Below, piece after piece: positions 44,677 through 54,157 of a DNA stretch of 64,000 bases. How positions within the stretch are numbered: the stretch's first letter is position 1; every line of letters begins with the position of its first letter. A program made the translations under genes and the position numbers. Source of the DNA: Octopus vulgaris (lineage: Eukaryota); NCBI GenBank assembly GCA_951406725.2, contig OX597823.1, positions 73,222,001-73,286,000 of the forward strand, in the 5' to 3' direction. The notes under the pieces were generated by a model. That model did not search any database. It worked only from the letters and a program-made list of their open reading frames with translations, and was not told the origin of the DNA.

Positions 44677-46330
44677 GCAATGAAACAGGATTGTTGGGTT
44701 TTTGCTCTCTGTGAAGTTCGGTAGAGGGAAAAAGGAACAAAAAGTGAATGGTTGTTGTTGTGAAATTTTGAACATGGTTGATGCGGTTTCGCGTCTCGCT
44801 GGTTCTGCGCGTTGCACTTTTTCGGTTCGGGAGGCCGTTTTTCGGTCTGAGGCGACTGTGGAGGAGATGGAGGGGGGAATTTGCTCTGAGGTTTCGACGG
44901 AAGTGTCGACATCTGAGGGGGGGTTGGCGGTGAGGGGGATGGAGGGCACCTGCGCAGGTGTGGCGAGGAAGTCGACGGAGGGAGAGATGGACCTGGCTAG
45001 GTTGGCGGGCCTCCAGGAGTTTGTGAGGGAGGACGAGAGCGGTGAGGTTGAGCTGCTGCATCCGGTGGGGCGCGGAGACTGGTTCCATCGTGGAACCATT
45101 GAGTGTGAAGTATTTATGAATGGAGGTGGAAGGATGGAAGTGGTTGACATGGGGGCAGTTGAGGAGGCTCTCGGGCGGACGGGAGAGGAGGTTGTGTGCA
45201 TGACGGGGGGATTGCAATGCGGAGCCATAGCGGTGCAATTTGGAAGTGGGGGGGCAGCCAGGAATGTGGCAGCCAGGGTGGTGAGTGCAGAAAGGATTTA
45301 CTTGTTGCCCTCGTGTCTGAATGGGCGGACGGCCGGAGTTGGGGTGGAGGGAGTGCCTCCGCGCCTGGAGGGCGAATTGGTGGCGGCTGCGGTTGTGAGG
45401 GGAGGTGAGGATGAGGTGGACATCCTCCACGCCGTTGTGAGGTATGAAGGCGTGAGAGGTGCCACACTGGTTGTGAACATTCAAACGGAGGCGGATGTTG
45501 TAGAGAGGATTGCGGACGGCGTGAAAGCTGGAAATGTTATTGTGAGAGTGTGGGTGGAGGGTGGGGCGCCCAGGTGCTACAAGTGTGGCCAAAGGGGTCA
45601 CATAAGAGCCTACTGCCCTCCCCCACCAAAGGAAAAAGAAAAGGAAAGCGTTGAGGAAGCCTCAGGAGAGGAAGAAAATAAACAGAAACAAACAGAGAAG
45701 GAAACGACAGAAGAAGAGGAGATGCAACAAGAGTGGAAAGAAGGGGGAACAAAGAGAAAAAGAAGGAAAAAGAAAAACTGTGCGAAGCCCCAACCCACCC
45801 CGACACCACCCATACCCTTGGAGTCCCATCCTTCCCCTGCAAACAGTGATTCCACCCACTCCCCGCCTACAAGAAAAACAAAAACAGACACACAGAGCAA
45901 AGAAAGTCCCAAGACCCATTTTTTATGTGTTATACATGGGAAAGACATACAAAACGTTAAAAAACGGGTGTTAACCAAGTGGTACGAACACGAAGATTGT
46001 AGCTACACGGCTGTGGATAGTGATGATACGGGTATATTGGCGAGAAGGTTTGAGGAAGAGGGTGTGTGTTGGAAGTCAGTGGAAATGAAAGATGAATGGA
46101 TAGAGAGGGCTAAAAGAAAAACGAATGTTGTGATAGGTAAAAAAGGAATACTAATTGGAAATGGGTGAAGAAGGACAGATAAGTGATGCTGGCGGATGGG
46201 GCCGTCGGTATCACTCTCATATATCATTTTCATATTCCATTTTGCTCATATATATGTAATTGTGATGTTCTATGTCCCCAATGTTTGTAACGTCCCCTCT
46301 ATGTAGCCCCTAGTGGGTAATAAAGAAATC
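44677..46330 (+). mobile_element. ORF1-only non-LTR retroelement, unit 1 (A-to-G hypermutated copy)
   Basis: Leader, single gag-like ORF and about 160-bp 3' UTR ending in hairpin plus AATAAAGAAAT. No RT or endonuclease. Flanked by the 14-bp repeat. Confidence 0.85.
44774..46168 (+). CDS. L1/Tx1-type ORF1 (gag-like) protein with CCHC zinc knuckle, hyper-recoded variant
   Basis: Open frame from 44702; first in-frame ATG at 44774. CYKCGQRGHIRAYC is a CX2CX4HX4C knuckle, followed by a charged linker and basic KRKRRKKK. Confidence 0.7.
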   Translation: MVDAVSRLAGSARCTFSVREAVFRSEATVEEMEGGICSEVSTEVSTSEGGLAVRGMEGTCAGVARKSTEGEMDLARLAGLQEFVREDESGEVELLHPVGRGDWFHRGTIECEVFMNGGGRMEVVDMGAVEEALGRTGEEVVCMTGGLQCGAIAVQFGSGGAARNVAARVVSAERIYLLPSCLNGRTAGVGVEGVPPRLEGELVAAAVVRGGEDEVDILHAVVRYEGVRGATLVVNIQTEADVVERIADGVKAGNVIVRVWVEGGAPRCYKCGQRGHIRAYCPPPPKEKEKESVEEASGEEENKQKQTEKETTEEEEMQQEWKEGGTKRKRRKKKNCAKPQPTPTPPIPLESHPSPANSDSTHSPPTRKTKTDTQSKESPKTHFLCVIHGKDIQNVKKRVLTKWYEHEDCSYTAVDSDDTGILARRFEEEGVCWKSVEMKDEWIERAKRKTNVVIGKKGILIGNG

Positions 46331-46344
46331 AGTTTATTAAATAT

Positions 46345-48018
46345 GCAATGAAACAGGATTGTTGGGTTTTTGCTCTCTGTGAAATTCGGTAAAAAGAAAA
46401 AAGAACAAAAAGTGAATGGTTGTTGTTGTAAAATTTTGAACATAGTTGATGCGGTTTCGCGTCTCACTGGTTCTCTGCGCGTTACACTTTTTCGGTTCGG
46501 GAGGCCGTTTTTCGGCCGGAGGCGACTATGAGCCGCCTCCATCAAGCGGAGGAGATGGAAGGGAGAATTTACTCTGAAATTTCGACGGAAGTATCGACAT
46601 CTGAGGAGGAGTTGGTGGTGAAAAAGATGGAAGGCACCTACGCAGGTGTAACGAAGAAGTCAACGGAAAGAGAGATAGACCTGGCTAAGTTGGCGGGCCT
46701 CCAGGAGTTTGTGAAAGAGGACGAGAACGGTGAAGTTGAGCTGCTGCATCCAGTAGGGCGCGGAGACTGGTTCCATCGTAGAACCATTAAATATAAAGTA
46801 TTTATGAATGGAGGTAGAAAGATGGAAGTAATTAACATGGAAGCAATTGAAGAGGCTCTCAAGCAGACAGGAGAGGAAATTGTGTACATGACAAAAGGAT
46901 TACAATACGGAACCATAACGGTGCAATTTAAAAGTGAAAAAGCAGCCAGGAATGTAGCAGCCAAGGTGGTGAGTACAGAAAAGATTTACTTGTTACCCTC
47001 GTATCTGAATAGGCGGACAACCAGAATTAGGGTGGAGGGAATAGCTCCACACCTAGAGGGCGAATTAATAACGGCTGCGGTTATAAAAGGAAATGAAGAT
47101 AAAGTGGACATCCTCCACGCCATTATGAAGTATGAAGGCGTGAGAGGTGCCACACTAGTTATGAACATTCAAACGGAGGCGGATGTTATAGAGAGGATTA
47201 CGGACAGCATAAAAACTGGAAATATTATTATGAGAGTGTGGGTGGAGGGTAGGGCGCCCAGGTGCTACAAGTGTGGCCAAAGGGGTCACATAAGAGCCTA
47301 CTGCCCTCCCCCACCAAAGGAAAAAGAAAAGGAAAGCGTTGAGGAAGCCTCAGGAGAGGAAGAAAATAAACAGAAACAAACAGAGAAGGAAACGACAGAA
47401 GAAGAGGAGATGCAACAAGAGTGGAAAGAAGGGGGAACAAAGAGAAAAAGAAGGAAAAAGAAAAACTGTGCGAAGCCCCAACCCACCCCGACACCACCCA
47501 TACCCTTGGAGTCCCATCCTTCCCCTGCAAACAGTGATTCCACCCACTCCCCGCCTACAAGAAAAACAAAAACAGACACACAGAGCAAAGAAAGTCCCAA
47601 GACCCATTTTTTATGTGTTATACATGGGAAAGACATACAAAACGTTAAAAAACGGGTGTTAACCAAGTGGTACGAACACGAAGATTGTAGCTACACGGCT
47701 GTGGATAGTGATGATACGGGTATATTGGCGAGAAGGTTTGAGGAAGAGGGTGTGTGTTGGAAGTCAGTGGAAATGAAAGATGAATGGATAGAGTGGGCTA
47801 AAAGAAAAACGAATATTGTGATAGGAAAAAAAGGAATACTTATTGGAAATGGGTGAAGAAGGACAGATAAGTGATGCTGGCGGATGGGGCCGTCGGTATC
47901 ACTCTCATATATCATTTTCATATTCCATTTTGCTCATATATATGTAATTGTGATGTTCTATGTCCCCAATGTTTGTAACGTCCCCTCTATGTAGCCCCTA
48001 GTGGGTAATAAAGAAATC
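46345..48018 (+). mobile_element. ORF1-only non-LTR retroelement, unit 2 (unedited-state copy)
   Basis: Same 5' start and identical 3' UTR as unit 1; 20 bp longer (an 18-bp and a 2-bp indel). Confidence 0.88.
46528..47856 (+). CDS. L1/Tx1-type ORF1 (gag-like) protein, 442 aa, CCHC zinc knuckle
   Basis: Intact ATG-to-TGA frame. N-terminal TYA motif, RTTRIRVEGI segment and VEGRAPRCYKCGQRGHIRAYC are typical of Tx1/L1-group ORF1. Confidence 0.85.
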   Translation: MSRLHQAEEMEGRIYSEISTEVSTSEEELVVKKMEGTYAGVTKKSTEREIDLAKLAGLQEFVKEDENGEVELLHPVGRGDWFHRRTIKYKVFMNGGRKMEVINMEAIEEALKQTGEEIVYMTKGLQYGTITVQFKSEKAARNVAAKVVSTEKIYLLPSYLNRRTTRIRVEGIAPHLEGELITAAVIKGNEDKVDILHAIMKYEGVRGATLVMNIQTEADVIERITDSIKTGNIIMRVWVEGRAPRCYKCGQRGHIRAYCPPPPKEKEKESVEEASGEEENKQKQTEKETTEEEEMQQEWKEGGTKRKRRKKKNCAKPQPTPTPPIPLESHPSPANSDSTHSPPTRKTKTDTQSKESPKTHFLCVIHGKDIQNVKKRVLTKWYEHEDCSYTAVDSDDTGILARRFEEEGVCWKSVEMKDEWIEWAKRKTNIVIGKKGILIGNG

Positions 48019-48032
48019 AGTTTATTAAATAT

Positions 48033-49435
48033 GCTCAATGGATGTAAGGTTTGGCAACGAAGAAGATGCCATGAACCACTCAACAGAGCTGTTACGGACA
48101 ACGAAATGGATACTACTTCCGACGTAGTGTGGCAAACGCGTTCCCAGAGTGAGAGTTGGAAGAGTGCCCCCCGAAATCGAGAAAGACTGGCTGGTAGCAG
48201 CCATAATACACAATATGAAGGGTGGGGTAGAGATCCTCAAGATGGCGATGACCCAAAAGGTCAATTAGTGGGGATATGGCCTCGAAGTGACCATGCAGGT
48301 ATCGTTGGAAGACTTGCATAGTATAACGGAGTTAATAATACTCCCGGAAGACACCAGACTTCGAATAACAGTAGAAGGAAAACCACCAACATGCCTCCTA
48401 TTTTTATTTATTTTATTTTATCTAGTTTCAGCTCACGAGCTGTGGCCATGCTGGGGCACCGCCGGCAAAAAAGGGTACATGACAGCAAGATGTCCCGAGA
48501 AGGAAAGCGAAGAGGAGAAGAAAAGTGAAGAAAAAAATACCGAAGAGTTATTACCAATAAAAGAGACAGATAGATTGGAGGAATCATTCACAGTAGTAAA
48601 CACGAGGAAGAGTACGGAACGGGTGAATTCTCCCCCAGACAGTAAAAAAAAGGCTAATGGAGAATGTGGCGGAAGAATAGAGAAATAGGTGTGACGCCCC
48701 ACCAGAAGCAGTAGTGAAAGAAGGTACGCAGGAAAAAAACAGCATCACAACAGGGAGAAAAAGAAAGCGTCCTTAAAATTGGTTATGTTTCTGCACGCCC
48801 GAACAGATAATGACAGGAGCCGAAGCAAGCAGAAGTGAAAAGGAAGAGATATAAATGGCATTTGGTCACGCATTCCAAAAGTAAAGAAATAGAGAAAACA
48901 ATTGTAAAATATAAATCGAAGTAAAGCTGCCGCCAGAAAAATACCCGGAATACACTAAAAGAATAGTCATAGATAAAGAGAGCTTTTTGAAATTGAGAGA
49001 GATGTATTGACATTTCATAGACTCGCTGGGGGTTGAAGTCGAGTTTGGCGAGCTCCCACCGGTCGTGGAATTAGAAGATTTGAAACCCTTTATGAACTTT
49101 TAAAAATAAGTAAAGTTTGTACTTCATATAAAGAAAAAAATACGAGGAAAATAGACTGTAAAAAAGTTTAAAGTAAAAAGAAACGATACAAAAAAAAACC
49201 AAAAGACTAAGAAAAAGAACAAGCGAAAAAGGAAAAAAAAGAAAAATGACTGTTAGAACGATTAATTGTAAAAAAGATATCACGGTTTCGTCTCGAAGCG
49301 GGACCGAGAAAACCGTCTCATATACTTTATAATTTAATTCATTGTAATTCATTCTTTCATATGTTTTTTTATTCCCGCATGTTTGTGTATGTCCCCTCTG
49401 TATTCAGGCATTGTGCCTATAATAAAGAAATAACC
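48033..49435 (+). mobile_element. ORF1-only non-LTR retroelement, unit 3: older, diverged, 5'-truncated and pseudogenised
   Basis: Reads KWILLPT*CGKRVPRVRVGRVPPEIEKDWLVAAII...VEIL...LRITVEGKPPTC[insert]GKKGYMTARCP, collinear with unit 2. Ends AGGCATTGTGCCTATAATAAAGAAAT. Confidence 0.8.
48401..48463 (-). mobile_element. Short SINE 3' tail inserted antisense into the zinc knuckle of unit 3
   Basis: Reverse complement GGCGGTGCCCCAGCATGGCCACAGCTCGTGAGCTGAAACTAGATAAAATAAAA resembles the family B tail at 12092-12150. Confidence 0.8.
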
Positions 49436-49599
49436 AGTTTATTAAATATCGATGCACGAAACTCTCGGCCCCTGAGTTACTCTGTAACTTCTATGAATTA
49501 TTAATTTTAAAAAAGCATATATAAGAATTAAGTAGTATGAATGCATGTGAGGCAAGTTCAGTTTAAAATGTACAAATAATATATGAGTGTTAATGTTGC

Positions 49600-49800
49600 T
49601 TTCAAATATTAGTACAAGGCCAGTAATTACGGAGTAAGGGATAATTCGGTTGTAGTGTGTAAATGATATTTATCTTATCGATTCCGTAAGAATGAAAGGC
49701 AAAGTCGGCGTCGGCGGAATTTGAACTTAGAACGTAAAGACGGACGAAATACCGCAAAGCATTTTGCCCGGCAGGCTAACGATTCCACCAGTTTGCCGTC
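49600..49800 (-). mobile_element. SINE family A-related copy (different tail)
   Basis: Shared GAAAGGCAAAGTCG..GGCGGAATTTGAAC body. Confidence 0.75.
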
Positions 49801-49949
49801 TTATACGTGTGTTTATATTGAAAATGCTATTTCTCTGTCACTGTATATTTCTAATTAAGTTTTCCCAAAATTAGTAATAAAAAGAATTTTAAGTCACCAA
49901 ATCACATTTGCTTCTTTAATTTTTTTTAACTAGTAATTTAACAGACAAA

Positions 49950-50990
49950 ATTTACTGAAGCATATTAACAGAAAATATGTTCAAAAGAATTTCACTGCAT
50001 CGTAATTTAATTTACTCTGGTGAGATTACAGTCAGCGCATTAAACATTTTGATTCCCAGTGTCTGGACAGAAATGGAAATGAAGCATGTTCAGCTCTTTC
50101 TGTCACTTTTGGGTAGAAGTTGCATTTCAAGAGCCATAATACGTCATCGATTTTTCAGCGAAGATATCCGTTACCTTCAAATAATTCTTCAACTTCATTT
50201 TGACAATGAGCAGGAACTTTTCAACTCAAATTTAACACGATTTCACTCTGAATCCAACTCTTCATCAATCCCGCCAGGAAAATATCGGCAGAGTTCATTT
50301 TCTATTACTGTCAAACGCTGCAGCTTTTCAATTGCGCAACTTCTGGAAATGTTTCCTTCACTACCAGCAACAAGAATTGATGACAGTTTCTGAAACAGTG
50401 CAATATTTTTGTACTTAACTTTCACTTCCAATTTACCAATTTACTCATGAACGCTTTCAAGGAATCAATAAATTTTATTATGTTTGCACGGCTTCCTTGC
50501 AGATGAAGCTTCAGGTTATTTGAACAGTCCTTAATCATTCGATTAGGCAAATGATTTCATCTTACTGTGAACTAATTTCAGCTCACCTCTAAGCATAAAA
50601 TACTAATTTCATTCAGTTACATTTATTTCTGAAAGAAATCGATCTCTTGTGTGGAGGAAAAAATCCAATAATATGTTGCATTTATGTTAATACGTAACTC
50701 TTTATTAAGTCTTGAGCTGAAGTTTTCTCCTATGACAAAACACATAATTCGTATTATTTGATCCAAAATTTCTAGTCCTGAGATTAAAAATAATGTTTTA
50801 ACCATTGCTTAACGATGTTTAAAGCAATGACTGGCTTTCATTTTTGGAGTACATTTTTAAAGAAATTTTTGAAATTTGCATATTGCCCCCATTGCTAAAG
50901 ATTGTTTGACTTCATGAAAGATGAAAGAGTTTCTAAAATAATCGGGTTACTGATTATCGTTCCGAGTGAAAAGCAAACATTATGCTTCTC
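49950..50990 (-). pseudogene. Decayed hAT (Charlie/Buster-like) transposase
   Basis: Fragments such as LKLHLQG, KVKYKNIALF and ENELCRYFP resemble hAT transposase C-terminal regions. Heavily disrupted. Confidence 0.5.
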
Positions 50991-51044
50991 TTTAAAGGAA
51001 CTTGTGAGAAATTATCTTCTGAATATTCCTGTCAACAATAGGTA

Positions 51045-52226
51045 AAAGGCCTGTAATTTGTGGGCAGGGGATTAGTCGATTACATTGGCCCCTAATGATC
51101 AAGTGGTCCTTATTTTATCGACCCCGAAATGATGAAAGTCGACTTTGGCGGACTTTGAACTCAGAACGTATGAATAGACGAAATTCCGCTAAATATTTTG
51201 CCCGGCATGCTACCGATACTGTCAACTCACCGCCTTACCATATTTTGAAAGTATTAGCATTTGTGAATACGAAGTCAAATCAGTGGGAGAATAAAGTCCA
51301 ATAGAAAATATACATAAAGCTGAAGACATGATCTTCTGCACAACTTTTTATTTGACGCCGTCGGCCATGTTACTGCACATTTATCTTACGTACAAATTTA
51401 CAGAGAAATATAGTAATATCCTTTATTGTTTATGCGGAATTGTTTTTCAAAGGTGCATGCAACATAAATTATGTGAAATTGTTTTAAATGATTATCGAAA
51501 CTACTTCGGAGATTTCACTTTTTTTCTCTTAATTGCTAAGTAGTATTAATATGCCTTTTCCAATAAAGCGGCGTGCAGGTAGAATTATTAGAAGGTCGGG
51601 TAAAATGCTTAGCTGAATTTCGTCCGTCTTTACGTTCTGAGTTCGAATTCTGCCAAGATCGAGTTTGCATCTTATCCATTCGGGGTCGATAAAATAAGTT
51701 ACAGTTGAACACTGGGGGTGGGGGTGGCAATCGACTTATCTCTCCACCAAATTTGCTGGCCTTGTACCATAATTTTGAAACCAATATGCATTTCTCCAAC
51801 ATTACTAGCACAGAGGCAAGTGAACATAAGTGCTACATTTCATTGTTTTTCTCCCTTCCGAATTCCAATCATGCTGAAATTAACCTTGATTTCTATTAAA
51901 GTGGCAATGATTAAAACGGATAACTGTACCAGTAACATCACCGTGGCCGACCAGGCTATCAGATGTTGTTACACATCGCTGGTCAAAATGCGCTTCGCAT
52001 TGTTTTAGCCTTCAAATGACGCCACCCCGCTGGCTAAGCGAGCTGGCCAACAGAAGAAAGGGTGAGAGAAAGTTGTGGCGAAAGAGTACAGCAAGGATCG
52101 CCACCACACCCTGCCGGAGACTCGTGGAGCTTTAGATGTTTTCGCTCAATAAACACTCACAACGCCCGGTCTGGGAATCGAAACCACGAGTTCGCTGCCC
52201 TAACCACTCTGTCATTGCACCTCCAC
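51045..52226. mobile_element. Cluster of three SINEs (A-related on both strands, family C at 51938-52226)
   Basis: Homology to copies elsewhere in the window. Confidence 0.75.
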
Positions 52227-53087
52227 ACCAGTAACATGCAGAGCTCTAAACCTTAAATTCAGATAATTTTATTCATATAGTAAAAAAATCAATGAAATTA
52301 TCATCAGGGGGTACAGTATTGAAATCTATGAATTACAATATTTAATTTTGCTCGCCTAATGTTTTAGTTCAAATCCCGCTGGGAGCAACTTTGTCATTCA
52401 TCTCTTCAAAATTGGTAAAATAATTATTAGCAATATAATTAGTAAGTATTATTACAATGAGGAACATAGAACTCATGCATCTAGTGTAAAAATCAATAAT
52501 AACATCGTTAAAGCAATAGAGATTATGAAGTTAAGACAAGGCTACAAATTACTTCCACACTTGGTTGACGTACTTCATTTGCATTATATTGCTATTATCC
52601 ACCGAAAGGGGATGAGAATCAGAGAAAGAAGCTACGCTGATAAAAGTTTGTACTAGTTTGTATTATTGTTGCGTAGCGGGGCATTAGATATCTGAACAAA
52701 GTGATTTACAATATTTCGCCTCATTTCTGGGGTCTATGAGTTCAATCTTGCAGGGGTTGATTAAAATGCTTGTTCTTTTTAGTAGAATAGTTTCATAAAA
52801 AATAGAATTTGCCCTCTTTAATATTTCTGAGTCCGTTTAGGCAACTACAGTACTTTTCGAATACAAATGCTTGAAAATTTAGTTGGTGGCATATAGAAAA
52901 GCAATATTTTTCTTATACATTGCAGCAGAATCGATTTCAATATATGAAGTCTCAGGAACTTCAGAACATAAGACCGTTTACCTAAACGAAGGTAACACAT
53001 TTTTCCATTTCACTATTTAAATCTGTTATTTCTTCAACCTGTTTCTTTTTTAACATAGCGAATCTCTTCAATTAAAATAAATATTAA

Positions 53088-54157
53088 TTTCAAATTTTGG
53101 CACAACTCAGTAATTCTGAGGCAGTGGGTAAGTTAATGACATCGATACAGTGTTCAACTGGTACTTGTATTGTCGACCCCAAAATTGTGAAAAACAGTCT
53201 ACCGCAGCGAAAATTGAACTCAGATTATAAAGACGGACAAAATGCAACTAAGCATTTTTCCCGCGTGCTAACGATTCTGCCAGCTCACCGCCTTGATTAA
53301 AATTGATATTGATTTTAAATTTTGGCAAAAGGTTATCAATTTGGAGGGAGTAGGTCGATTACATCAAACCCAGTGTTCAACTGGTGCTTATTTTAGCGAC
53401 CCCGAAGGATGAAATGCAAAGTCGACCCCGCTGGTATTTGAACTCAGATCGTAAAATCGGAAGAAATGCCACTAAGCATGTTTTCCAACGCGGTAACGAG
53501 TCTGCTATCTCGCCTCCTTAATTAGAAAATAATATTAAAAAAAGATAGGGCGAAATGGTTAGCGGTATTTCGTTCATTCTGAGTTCAAATTCCGCTGAGG
53601 TCAACTTTACCGTTTATCCATTCTGGGTCGATAAAATAAGTACAAGTTGCATACTGGGATCGATGTAATCGACTTATCCTCTCTCCCGAAATTACAGATA
53701 TTGTGCCTAAATTTGAAACCAATGTTCTTTTCTACTTTAGGCACAAAGCCCGACGTTTTGGGGGATGGCGCAGTCGATTAGATCGACCCTAGTACGCAAC
53801 TTGTACTTAATTTATCGACGCTGAAAGGATGAGAGGAAAAGTTGACTTCGGTGGAATTTGAACTCAGAATGTAAAGACAGACAAAATACTGCTAAGCATT
53901 TCGCCCGGCGTATTAATGTTTCTTATTTCTGTATTGCCCACAAAGGGCTAATCATAGGTGAGACAAAGGTATTAAGTCGATTACATCGACCCCAGTGCAT
54001 AACTGGTACTTAGTTTATCGACTTCTAAAGGCCGAAAAGCAAAGTCGACCTCGGTAGAATTTGAACTCAGAACGTAACATCAGACAAAATACCGCTAAGC
54101 ATTTCGCCCGGCGTGCTAAGATATCTGCCAGCTCGCCGCTTTAAATTTGAAACCAAT
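53088..54157. mobile_element. Dense cluster of about five family A-related SINEs in mixed orientation
   Basis: Repeated body TCGACCCC...AAAGTCGAC..GAATTTGAACTCAG. The copy at 53545-53720 is on the plus strand, the others on minus. Confidence 0.85.

Noticed and set aside
44524-45601. Long antisense ORFs (234 and 310 aa)
   Set aside because: Shadows of the GC-enriched sense ORF. A-to-G changes destroy TTA/CTA/TCA triplets, which removes antisense stop codons.
46384-47251. APOBEC-type G-to-A hypermutation of unit 2
   Set aside because: No GG/GA context bias, Trp codons intact, no stops, and unit 2 holds the family-typical residues. A-to-G in unit 1 fits better, though a family consensus is needed to be certain.
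44677-48018. LTR retrotransposon or endogenous retrovirus gag
   Set aside because: No TG..CA LTRs, primer-binding site, protease or pol. The tail and TSD are of non-LTR type.
44663-49449. CRISPR-like repeat-spacer array
   Set aside because: Repeats are only 14 bp, the spacers are 1.4-1.7 kb retroelements, there are no cas genes and the context is eukaryotic. Target-site duplication explains the pattern.
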